From assembly GCF_009914755.1 (NCBI RefSeq), contig NC_060947.1: a stretch of 64,000 bases of DNA; one strand, written 5' to 3'. A program made the position numbers and the translations under genes. Every line of letters starts with the position of its first letter. The first letter of the stretch is position 1. Under the pieces are notes generated by a model, which was not told the origin of the DNA, did no database searches, and saw only the letters and a program-made list of their open reading frames with translations. The stretch comes from the human T2T-CHM13v2.0 reference genome, Homo sapiens. Positions 14,055-28,021 of this stretch are shown one piece after another.

Positions 14055-14500
14055 ATTGCCCACTTTTTAAATGGGCTATTTGTTTTTTGTTTGTTGAATT
14101 GTTGAAGTTCCTTATAGATTCAGGATATTATACCTTTATCAGATGCATAGTTTGCTAATATTTTTTCCCATTCTATAGGTTGTCTGTTTACCATGATGAT
14201 AGTTTCTTTTGCTGTAGAGAAGCTCTTTATTAATTAAATCCCACTTGTCAATTTTTGGTTTTATCACAATTGTTTTTGAGGACTTAGGCATAAATTCTTT
14301 CTCAAAGCTGAGGTCTAGAATGGTGTTTCCTAGGGTTTCTTCTAGGATTCTTATAGTTTCAGGTCTTACATTTTAATCTTTAACCCATATTGAGTTAATT
14401 TTTGTATATGGTGAAAGGCAGTGATCCAGTTTCATTCTTCTGCATATGGCTAGCCAGCTATCCCAGCACCATTTATTAAATAGAGAGTATTTTCCCCATT
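14055..14500 (-). mobile_element. Further L1P ORF2 fragment (PA16/PB-like) covering the same consensus interval as 13415-13840
   Basis: ORF 14373-14606 ([21 protein letters not shown]). Confidence 0.8.
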
Positions 14501-15914
14501 CAAACTCTAAGTGCTGTTGACTATTGTATAGAGTAGTAGTAATATTTCTATACTTAGTCAGCAGATAGGGAAAAGTAGAAAATGTGCTTGGAAACAACCT
14601 GATCAACCTAGAAATATACTATTTAGATTTGCTAAAATGCCACCAAAGTCTTCAAGTTAGCCAACTGTGGATGTTTCCCTGTGCAACCTCTTCCATATTC
14701 TTTTTTCTTTTCATAAATCCTATTTCTCCTGTAGAATTTCTACAAAAAAGTGAGGAAACATGGATAAATACAATTTTATTCCACAGGCTGACCGTGCACC
14801 TTTTCATAAGCTAAGTGAAATAGATAAGAAGCTTATTATTATTATTTGAAAATAAGGTGTTTGTTACAGCAGTTTCCCACAGAAATAATGTGATTCGACT
14901 GGAGAAAATGCATTTTGATCAGTCAGTCTGTATCTTTTAACAGATCAGGACTGAGCCTCAGTAAGTATGTAAGAATTCTGTTTCCTGTAGACTGCTTTTT
15001 GTCCCCCAGAGACGTTGCTTATTATACATTTTCATTTTCCATTATCTGAATATTAATGGTCTCTTTTGCTTCCTTTTTATCATGCTGATAAAGAATTCAA
15101 ATAGAAAGTTATTTATTGCATGCATGGAGGAAAATATAAATAAAGTGTCAGGATGTTTGCAACTTATACAAACACCACCTTGTAAAGAAAATCTTGTCCT
15201 TAAACCTCAATGGCTCAGTGATTTTTTATAAGAGTACTCTCTAGTTCCCTTCAGGTTAGGCATATTGAAAATGTTCCATTATTTTTGCTGGAATGTTCTT
15301 GATGGAATTCACCTTTTCTCTCATCTCTTCTTAAATTCTGTCTTCAGAATATAAACTTTTGCAAAAATGTGAATATTGTAGGCTGCTGTATATATTTTTA
15401 CATATATATTTTTGTGTTTATTTTAGGTCTACTAGTTAGATAAATAAGCAAAGCCTTGTAGCTATATTTTCTTAAGCTAGGTTTCCACAGTCAGAGCTTT
15501 TGACATTGTAGCCATTTGAAAGCTCTATAAAGACCAATGAGAATATGGTAAATTTAGAGGATATTTTTATATAAATTAGAATAAAGGCAGTGTCTAATCA
15601 AATATACCAGGCTAGATAGTCACCAGGATCTAGCATCCAATGAGGCATCTTGTTCAAGGAAAATGAGGAATTTTAAAAGAGGAGACAACTAATGACATTA
15701 TTCTTAATTTTTTGCTTTTTCTATGTTTATGACGTACATTAAAAGTCTAGATCACAGAAGCCACAGAAACTATCCGTTAAGAGAAAGTTAGTTCAGTAAG
15801 TGTGCTTTAACTAAGTTTACTTTTCTTAAAAACGTAGCCAAAAATACCACATAAATAAACTAAGAGTCAGCACCCTCAGGACCCTGGCTTGTGTTACCCT
15901 TCTGTTCCAAGCTC

Positions 15915-15990
15915 TGTAACTTATAAATTCTGTGATAGGAAAATTGCTTAATCTCTCTGAGCACCACTTTCCTCATTATTTGATGCGATG
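15915..15990 (+). mobile_element. MIR core fragment
   Basis: CTGTGATAGGAAAATTGCTTAATCTCTCTGAGCACCACTTTCCTCATT resembles the MIR core. Confidence 0.5.
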
Positions 15991-16657
15991 TTGTAGGTTC
16001 AGATAAGATATTGAATGGGAAAGAGCACTAGAGTTGTAAAACAGTGTGTAAGTATGGGAGTGAGGGTAAAGTAATGGTATTGAAAAATGATACAGCTGCT
16101 CAACTGGGGCCTGCTCTGTTGCCAGTAAGTCAGTTTCCTTAGTAGAAAGCAAGTCACATGAACGCATGTGTGGCCTAGAACCAGAGTTGAATGGAAAGGA
16201 AACAAATTATGAATCTTTGTCATGGTGAACTTGTAAAACATGTCTGTGCTCCCCCAAATCTGGGGGGGAGGGGTGGTAGCTGTCCAAAGATCGTACATCA
16301 CATCAGATATACCAATTGGTTTAAGTGAGATGAAGTCTAGGTGAGTTCACAACCTTTGACATGACTGGCTCAGAGAAGTGTTAGTTAGCTGCACCAGCAC
16401 AGTCAGTCAGCTGCCTAGGCTTTAGTTTTTGTTGTTTTCATGATTTCATGAGGTTTTTTTTTAATAGTCTGACTTAAGAAAAAATCAATGTTATTTATCC
16501 TTGTAATAAACTAAAACAACATATTAATTTATAAAGTTTTCTGAACCCATTTCCTCATCCCCAGATGTAGCTGCCATTAAATTTTTGGAGTATATTCTCC
16601 AGAGCTTTCTCTTTTCTTCCCCCACCTTTTGGCTTTTTAAATAGCCTTCTCGTTACC

Positions 16658-17108
16658 TGTGGAAAACACTGCTAATTACTTACTCATTATTCATTTTTTT
16701 TCTTTGTTAGCCACAGAATTCGTACGAAATTCAGGATGGTAAAGTCAAAACAGCTTGACTTCCCGGGTTCTTTTGCAGTTATGATTGGCGATGTGATCCA
16801 ATTCTGGTCAAGGAGATATATACGACATTTTATTGGATGGGGCTTCCAACAAAACTTGGTTTCTTGATTAAAAGAGACGAAACTCAACTGGCATGTGCTT
16901 TTCCCCACTTTCTGTTTTCCTTCTTCCCGCAACTATCCTGTGAGCACAAAGAAGGAAGTCTGTACCCCTAATTATATCGTAAAGCTGCCACGACAGTCCT
17001 TAAAAGCTACCTCCAGAATTCTGGTTACATGAGAAAAGGAAATTTAAGTATTTAAGAATGTTATTTGGATTTTCTGTTACATAAGGCATAGAACTATTAA
17101 CTGATATA
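16658..17108 (+). mobile_element. MaLR LTR, MLT1J-like
   Basis: TGTGGAAAACACTG start; TTCCCGGGTTCTTTTGCAGTT...ATGTGATCCAATTCTGGTCAAGGAGAT motif; ends AACTGATATA. Confidence 0.65.
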
Positions 17109-17672
17109 GAACGTTTTCTCTTTGTGTGGTTTGCGAAGTCCTGAAAACTTCAGATGGAAATGACATGTATCTGATCCTCACAGGAAAGATTTCATAACTT
17201 CTGAATATTCTACACAAAGACAAATCTGTATAGCAAGGCAAGAAAGGGCTGATAGGGAGGCTTGTTGCTTTGAGATCTATGTGAATAATGGCAATTCCTG
17301 AAGTTTTATGGCTACATTGTTGGTCCTAAGCAAACCTGTGGAAGAGAGGAAGAATGTCCTTTGTGCCTCACTCACTCCATAGTAAAGTTAACCTTTAGGC
17401 TCTAGTACCAAGATAAAGAAATGTGATAACTAAATTCCTTCCAAGCTTCTAGTGATGGCTAAGTTTTCCTTTTCTTTTTTGTGAAAGGATAAAAAAATTT
17501 CTAAGAAATATATGACTTAATCTGTTGATATTAATTTCTCCTGATAAAAGTGTTGGAGTCTGCCGCACCAGGTGGATGATGCTCTTCTAGATCAGAGGGT
17601 TTTTCTGTGGCTGCTAAACTCATATAGCATTGGTGGTTCTTTAATCCACCCACACCTACTACTGTCTGGTAA

Positions 17673-18143
<471 letters not shown>

Positions 18144-18589
18144 TAAAAACGTTTAACTCTTCTGCAGATTTATGGTTTCTAGATTCTGTTAGGCCTTCAA
18201 CATTGCTTGGTGATCACTGGACTCATACCTAGTCAACCCAGTGATGCCCTATGTGGCTGTTTCAAACCTCTATGACTGTCTTCCACATTCCTATATCATG
18301 TATTCCTTCTTGCCTCCCAAAGGGGAGGCTATCTTTGGAAAGTCTCCAACTTCTCTTTATGATCTTACATTTATTTCCATACTTTCATGCATCTTAACTT
18401 TTTCCTTCCTGCTCAGAGCAAAGATTTCCTTCTTTCTCAAGGCTAATTTCTTTAGTACCACATTGCCTCCTGTGTTTTCAGGGATTTTTTTTTTTTTTCA
18501 TTAAATTTGCCCCTCAGTCTGGTCAAAAGTGTTTCTTCCACAGAAGAATTAATGGGAATTCATGTCAGTTAATGACATCTCAATCAATG

Positions 18590-18697
18590 GCCTTTCAATT
18601 AATGGCAAATCCATTATTTCAGTTGCCTGGGCCAAAAACCTTGGGGTCATACTTATTTTCTCTCACCCCTCATCTAGTTTATCAGCAAATCCTCTTG
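18590..18697 (+). mobile_element. L2 fragment
   Basis: AATGGCAAATCCATTATTTCAGTTGCCTGGGCCAAAAACCTTGGGGTCAT, a typical L2 motif. Confidence 0.65.
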
Positions 18698-19022
18698 GTA
18701 AAAAGTGGTTGTATGCAGCACAAATTTCAGAGGTAAAATGGATTGGATTTTCGGATGCACTGTATGGGAAATATGAGAGAAAGAGACAAGGAAAAGTTAT
18801 TGCCAAGGATTTTGGTATGAGCAACTGAGAGAATGGTGGTCCCACATAGTAACATGAGAACCACTATAGGAGTTACAAATTGTGGATGTGGCTCAAATGT
18901 TCTGTTTTGCACCATTATATTTATATTCCTATTAGACAATCAACTGGATACATATGTTAAGCAGTTAGTTACGTCTGGTGTGCAGACGTAAGATTAGAGC
19001 TGGTGATACATGCTTGGCAGAT
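18698..19022 (-). mobile_element. L2 fragment, opposite orientation to its neighbour
   Basis: CCAAGGATTTTGGTATGAGCAACTGAGAGAATGGTGG...ATTAGACAATCAACTGGATA...AGAGCTGGTGATACA. Confidence 0.65.
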
Positions 19023-19099
19023 ACAACAAAAGCTATTCATTATCTACATAACCTTCCCTCTTTCCATTAAGGTACTTACTAGGCTGAGGTTGGTGTGTA

Positions 19100-20820
<1,721 letters not shown>

Positions 20821-21007
20821 ATTATATTTTTGTTATATTGGATATATTTACATATACATATTCAAATATAGATTTTTGAAGAATACACATCATGTGTAAG
20901 AATATCTGAAATGCATAAGTAAATTGTGAATCCTCATAATAAACATCTGTGGATACACTATCCAAACAAATAAATAGAACATAACCATTAATGTTCAATA
21001 AAAGTCC

Positions 21008-21319
21008 TTTTTTTTTTTTTTTTTTTTTGAGACAGAGTCTCGTTCTGTCACCTAGGCTGGAGTGTAGTGATGTGATCTTGGCTCAGTGCAGCCTCTGCTT
21101 CCTGAGTTCAAATGATTCTTGTACCTCAGCCTCCCGAGTAGCTGGGGTTACAGGTGCACACCACCATGCCTAGCCTTTTTTTTTTTTTTTTTGTATTTTT
21201 AGTAGAGATGGGGTTTTGCCATGTTGGCAGGCTGGTCTTGAAATCCTGACCTCAAGTGATCTAACCGCCTCGGCCTTCCAAAGTGCTGTGATTACAGGTG
21301 TGAGCCACTGCTCTCGGCC
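21008..21319 (-). mobile_element. Alu (AluSz/Sx-like) with expanded middle A-tract
   Basis: Poly(T) 21008-21028; long T run in the linker at ~21176-21192; ends CTCTCGGCC. Confidence 0.95.
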
Positions 21320-21342
21320 TAAAGTTTTATTCTTTTAAAAAA

Positions 21343-21897
21343 TGTACCTGGAATTTCGGTTTCACTAAGATATAGTGAAGCCAATAGATCAGGAGACAAT
21401 TGCATTTAAACGAGAGTTAATTATTCACAGTTCCCAAGAGGAGGGGAAAATGCCATACCATGCAGAGCCACAATACAGAGAATACTCAGGTCAGTTGCAG
21501 GCAGGGTGAGCAAAACTTCTGGAGAGCCTTCATTGTGGTTTTCTCAAGAATGAATAGGTGAGGCAGTATAAGTGGATTGACCAAATTTAGGATTGGTTAG
21601 TTTCAACAATTTCAGTGTACTCCAGGATGTAGGGGCTGCCCCTAGTTATCTCATGTCTGGCCCTACAGCGATTAGGGCAGAAGGTTAGTGTCTCACGAAT
21701 GTAAAAATTAGATAAAGCAGGTAGGTGGACGGCAAGGCTCTGGATTGGTTAGTTTGTATATGAAAAGCATACTCACTGGAGAGTTGCTTGATATCTCTAA
21801 GACTCTGCTAATTCTTGGAGGGGCAGTCCCTCTCTAGTTATCAAGGCCCTAATATGTCAAACATCGGATACAAAAACTAGAAAACATGGTTAGTACA
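21343..21897 (-). mobile_element. ERVL solo LTR, MER74/MER76-like
   Basis: Reverse complement begins TGTACTAACCATGTTTTCTAGTTTTTGTATCC...GAGGGACTGCCCTCC...TAGAGATATCAAGCAACTC. Confidence 0.6.
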
Positions 21898-22059
21898 CAT
21901 CCCTAGCAAATTCACTTGGTTTTTGTTTTTATTGTTATCTTTTTTACTACACACAGTAAGATACAATTTGTGTATGGCTGAAAACAAAACTAATCAATAT
22001 ATCATTTAAGTGCGTACACATATGCTACAAAACTAAAAAAGCTCATTAATTTTGTACAA

Positions 22060-22860
22060 TTTTTTCTAATATGTAAATTTAAAGCTGTGTATTTCTTTGT
22101 AATTTCTGTCATAGATACATCCCCATTTTTCTACATTTTGTTTTTAATGAAATTCAGTGATAAATATTTTTATATTTTTATCATTTCTTCCTTGACACAT
22201 GAATAATTTGGAATTTTTCCTTTATTTTGCTGAAGGTAATAGGTTGGTTTGGTTATATTTTTATTATTAATAATTTAAGGAACTTAATCTTTATTCCATA
22301 GATTCTTTGGTATTTATAAAAATTTTTTGGTGGCCTAATGTATGTTCAGGAATACATGATTTTATTACTGCATCCCACAGTCTTGTAAGTTCAATTATAT
22401 TTTTTGCCAAAGTATATTTGTTAATAGCTCTTTCTGCAAGGATTTATATGTGATAAACTAAGTATTTGTTTTCAAATGACTTTGTTTCATTCTCACTTTT
22501 GAATGATAGCTTAGGTGGGTGTGACATTGTAGATTGACAGTTATTTACCCTCAGAATTCTGAAGATATAATTCTACTATCTTCTGGCCTCTATTATTGCT
22601 TCCAAAAGGTCTTCCATCATTCTAATAACTTCACAGATAATCTGTTCCTCTGCCCCTTTATATGGTTTGATTTTCCTTTTATTTCATTTACTGTTTTGAA
22701 ATTTCACTAAATTTATTTAATAATAATAATAATTACTATTATTATTAATGTTATTGTTGCTCATTATTTAAATCCTGCTTGACATATGGCATACTTCAAT
22801 TTAATAATTCTTTTTTAAAAATTATTTCTGGAAATTTCTAGCCATTGCCATTTCGAATAT
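22060..22860 (-). mobile_element. Old L1M fragments (ORF2 5' / ORF1)
   Basis: TTTTGAATGATAGCTTAGGTGGGTGTGACATTGTAGATTGACAGTTATTT...TCTTCTGGCCTCTATT (ORF1 antisense motif). Confidence 0.5.
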
Positions 22861-22861
22861 C

Positions 22862-23218
22862 AACTGGCACTCAAACCACATGATGCAGTTCTTCCCACCC
22901 TTCCCTCCCCTTTCCAAAGGCAAAGGAGCCTCACCCTGTAGCCATGGCCATCCTGGGCTACCAGTAGTACTGTCAGACTACTGCAGATATTTCCTTAAAG
23001 CCCAAGGTCTCTTTAAGTCAGCTTGTGGCAAATGCTGCCTGGCCTGGGACTCACCCTTCAGGGCAGTGGGCTCCCTTGTGGCCCAGGGCAGGTCCAGAAA
23101 TGCTTTCCAAAGGTCAAGTCCTAGAATCAAGGACCCCAAGAGCCCACTTGGTACTCTACCCATTGTGGCCATTCTGTACCTAAGGTTCAAGACAAAGTCC
23201 TTTTTACTTTTCCCTCTG
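22862..23218 (-). mobile_element. L1M1/L1MA-type 5'UTR fragment
   Basis: GC-richer block CCTGGGACTCACCCTTCAGGGCAGTGGGCTCCC...GGCCCAGGGCAGGTCCAGAAATGC. Confidence 0.7.
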
Positions 23219-23842
23219 AAATGTTATACCGTATGTATACTGGTACAAATTGGTTTTGCTTAATATTATACTTTAGATTTTTATCTACATTGATATCTGT
23301 AGTTCTAATATATTTATTTTTACTGCTACCTAGCATTATGTTGTATGAATACGTCACTAATTATAGTTGACTGAAGTGTCCCTGGTTCTTTGTTGCTTTT
23401 AATATATCATGATATGTTTCAGTTTACCTGTGTCAAGTTAATTTATGAATAATATAATCTAATTTTAAAGAAATTTAACTTCACAAAATAGAAAAGTATC
23501 AACATTTCTGGAAAAAATATTAGATTTAAGACAATACTAATAATGCAAGCTTAAATTAATAAGCAGAACATGGTAGAGGTTACAATTCTACTCTTAGTAC
23601 AAACTTATACAAAACAATCTAGCAAACTGTATGAAATATGTATATAAACAATATTAAGCTATAGAGACACTAATAACTAAATCAAATCAGAAAATAAGTC
23701 ATCTAAAAACTTTTAGTACAATCACAAAGAATATCTGAAATATGGATTTGCATCTGTTGTTATAAACAACTTGACTTCAGCATATAATGTGCCTTGACAT
23801 AGCAGCTTGTAATGACCAAGACAGCTAAAAACTAAGCATCTA

Positions 23843-24171
<329 letters not shown>

Positions 24172-24387
24172 AAGCATCTAGAACATTTAAAATGGTAATA
24201 ATGATTGTATTAATAACATCAACATTGATATCATTACATAATTTCATTTTTTCTCGTTCTTGTTAATTTCTATTTTATGAATTTTAATGTACATAATGTT
24301 TAGTAGAGTAGAACATATGAATAATTTGGAAATAAATAATATATACATGTTTATTGACGGTATATGTTCAAAATATTTTTCAGATGG

Positions 24388-25038
24388 TGTGATGGCTAAT
24401 TTAATGTGTCAACCTGACTAAGTATTACTTAGATAGCTGATAAAACATTATTTCTCAATGTGTAGATGGGCATTATCCAATCTGTTAAGGGCCCAGATAA
24501 AACAAAAAGATGGAGGGAGGGAGAATTTGCTCTCTCTCTCTGGAACTGGGGCATCTATATTCTCCTGCCATCAGACATCAGAACTTCAGGTTCTCAGACC
24601 TTCAGACTCAGGGATTTACACCAGTGCCCCCAACTCCACCTTGCCCCCATTCTCAGGTCTTTGGCCTTGGACTGAGAGTTACACCATTGGTTCCCTTCAG
24701 ACTGAATTACAATACTAGCTCTCCAGTTTCTCCAGCTTTCAGATGGCAGATTGTGGGACTCCTTGGCTTCCATAATTATGTAAGCCAATTCCCATTATAA
24801 ATCCTGTCATATATATACATATATATGTATATATATGGATGGATTATATATATATAAATCCATTATAAATTCTGTCATATATAGAGAGACACATATATTT
24901 GTGTGTATATATGATATGTATATATATATCATATATATATCTCATATATATGAGATATATATATCTCATATATATATCTCATATATATGAGATATATATA
25001 TCTCATATATATAATGGATTCCCATTATAAATCCTGTC

Positions 25039-25075
<37 letters not shown>

Positions 25076-25172
25076 TATATATATCTGACAGGATATATAT
25101 ACACATATATGTATCTGACAGGATTTATATATATCCTACTGGTTCTATTTCTCTGAAGAACCTTGACTAATA
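24388..25172 (+). mobile_element. ERVL LTR, MLT2B/C/D-like, with internal AT-rich expansion
   Basis: TGTGATGGCTAATTTAATGTGTCAACCTGAC start; ends CCTACTGGTTCTATTTCTCTGAAGAACCTTGACTAATA. Confidence 0.88.
24791..25134. repeat. Complex (TA)n low-complexity region with direct and inverted repeats
   Basis: TA/CA runs; three direct copies of CCATTATAAAT(C/T)CTGTCA, two inverted TGACAGGAT, two 34-bp palindromes. Confidence 0.9.
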
Positions 25173-25559
25173 GAAGCCATAATAAAAAATTACATAGAGC
25201 CTTTTTTCTGGAGGATAAATATGAAACTCATTAGTATTAACAAAGTCTTCATTTTTAGTCCTTGACCTTATATGTTTATCTTGACTCATATCCTAACCCC
25301 TGTTCTCTTCCCTCCACCCTTGTCCCTGGGCATCTTAGACTCACTTTAATAACTATCTCTAAGTATACTGTATCTTTTCACAGATTTCTCTTTAATGCAA
25401 CTTTTCATATTTTAGATGAACACTTACTTTTCCTTTAAGCCTTAGCTCAAATTCTACCTTCTCTTTGAAAGCTTTGACTTACTTAGAGTTAAGTTAGTAT
25501 TAGTAGTATTGTTGTCATGTTGCAAGCACTTAATGGAAGACATTTAATGTATTCCTTTT

Positions 25560-26310
25560 TTGTTTCTACTACTGGTTTGGAATTTATATATTTGTAGTTT
25601 ACTTCTTTTTACTAATTAACATTAAGCATGCATATTTCAGTCAACACGGTGAAATATTAACTAGTATTTCTTCTCTCTTGAACATTACAAGGTCCTTAGA
25701 CTGCTTTAACTTAGATAAATTGTTTCACATATTTTGTATCATTGTCAATATTTTAGTTCCACTTTGCTTTTATATCCCCTCGAATTAGTCATTATTATTT
25801 TTCTTCCCTTTTAGGCTGACATTGTTTCTTTAGATTTATCTACATTTGCTTATTTCTTTACTCACTGTTTATTGTTTTCATTTGTCTGAATATGTCTTTT
25901 TTAACCCTTCATTCTTAAATATTGATTTAGCTAAATATAAAATTCTAGGTTAGTATTTATTTGCTCTTAGCACTATAAGACAGGTCATTATATTCCTGTC
26001 TTCTGGATTCTATTCTTGCTGCTCAAAAGTCTGCTATTAGTCCAATTGACATTCCTCTGAAGTTAATATGCCTTTTCTTATTAGTTGCTTTTAATATATC
26101 TTTGTCTCTAATTTTCTTTTGCTTTACTATGACCCCCCCCAATCTAAATTCTGATTGAAACCTGGCATTCACTTCAATCTGAAGATAAAATGTTTTTAAC
26201 AAATTCTGTGAAGTTCTCTTTGTTATAGTTTATATGCCACATTCAGGTGTTTTGTAGAGGGACAGATTTAAAGTTACATAATCTGCTTTGTTGCCAGAAA
26301 TGAAACTGGT
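25560..26310 (-). mobile_element. Old L1M ORF1-region fragment
   Basis: TTTGTCTGAATATGTCTTTT...ATATAAAATTCTAGGTT...TGTCTTCTGGATTC...AAAGTCTGCT. Confidence 0.55.
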
Positions 26311-26494
26311 TTATATTACTTATAATATTGTACTGAAAATTTTGTTTAAACCTTTCTTTTCTGCTAGAGAAGGAGATGATTGGATATTATATTCCTTTTT
26401 GTTTTCCTGGCACCTGCCATAGTACCAGGGACATAGTGAGATTCAATTATTGTTACTTGACATAATGCTTATTGGATAAATTTAAAGCAAACTA

Positions 26495-26872
26495 CAGATG
26501 GCCCCTGACTGATAAAAGTTTGACTTACAATTTTTTGACTTTACAGTGGTATAAAAGTGATACACGTACAGTAGAAAGTTGTATGATACTCTATTGCAAT
26601 ACTGGGCAGTGACAGCAAGTCAAACTCCCAGTTGACCCTGGGAACACAAGAGTAAACAACCAATACTCTACAGCATACTGTGTTGCCAGATTATTTTTTC
26701 CAACTGTAGGTTAATGTAGGTGTTTTGAGGATGTTTAACATAGGCCAGGCTAAGCTATGATACTATGATGTTCAGTAGGCTAGGTTTATTCTGTGCTGTT
26801 TCAACTTAGGACATTTTCAACTTACAATGGGTTTATCAGGATGTAATGCCATTGTAAGTTGAGGAGCATCTG
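26495..26872 (-). mobile_element. MER47 (TcMar-Tigger non-autonomous element)
   Basis: TIRs CAGATGGCCCCTGACT / AGTTGAGGAGCATCTG; TA TSD on both sides. Confidence 0.88.
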
Positions 26873-28021
26873 TAGTGCCTTTTCTGAATTGTCTGAACTG
26901 TTTTTAAATCAAAACAGGTTTCCTTTGTTGTCTGCTACTTGGGTCATTTAACTAAATATACATTTTATTTTGGCTATAAAGCATTTACTTGAATTTCTTC
27001 CCCCCCCCATTTTTACTTAAGTATAGCAAAGTTGTTACAAGATTATAAGTAGAATTGATAATTTCATCTCTTTTTGACGATGTATTTTAAGCTCATAGAG
27101 CAATAGAAATTTGTTATAAAACTCAGTTGGCACATGGTATCTTCGTTCATTTTAGAGAGCAAAAAGAACACAAGTTTATCTTTAAAATAAACAAAAGAAG
27201 ATAGATTATAGAAGCTCTTTTTATACACCTTGGAAGTTATTATTGTGCACTAGCCTCTTCTTTAAAGCTGTTGTGCTCCATGCATATTCACAGATATTTT
27301 TGGTAACTAGAAAAACATATATTAGTAGTTATTAGAAACAATTACTCTCCATGCCAACGTGTTCAGAAGTCTCTTATATCGAGACATTTGTTGAAAATGC
27401 CGAATGAGCTCTGTTTATGATTCCACTACTTACTACTCAGTGGGAATTATTCATTGAAATGAAAATAAGAGAACAAAATTCATGCATGGTAGCAGCTGAT
27501 TTAGTACTGCATCGAGGTTTTAGCACATTTACAAAATCTATAAAAGTATTTTAAATACCTATATTTTCCAGTGCTCTAATAGCAAATTAAATGATACATA
27601 TCTCTGTTTCATCATGCCAGTTAAGGATACATTATTTTCCAGGTGCTTTTCTCTATTTTTATTCAAAAATGATATTGCATTTGAACTTCCATATGAGTTA
27701 ACAATTAAGAAAGTGATATTTGAATAGGTCTATTTTTATTACCCCAAAGTTAAATCAGATTCCTCTCTTTTCTTCAGAGGAGGAATGAGAGAATATGTGT
27801 GTGAGAACAGACATCATTTGTGAAATTAGAAAAATCTGACTGGGTCTACATACTTGACAACAGCACTAATATCGAAACTTTGTAACTGTAATTTTGGTCA
27901 AATTAATCATCTGCCGCCTGTTTTCCAAAAAAACAAGAATGTCAGTGTCATAGCTGTAGGAGTTATACAATGTCAATAGAATACTAGTTCAATCCAATAC
28001 TAGCTCAATGCATTTACTAAA

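Noticed and set aside
15405-15480. Strong plus-strand acceptor TTTTTGTGTTTATTTTAG|G
   Set aside because: Stops in all three frames right after it and no clear donor; expected by chance in AT-rich DNA
27980-28010. AATACTAG(T/C)TCAAT short tandem pair next to the HERV-H
   Set aside because: Two imperfect copies outside the 5-bp TSD; ordinary micro-duplication
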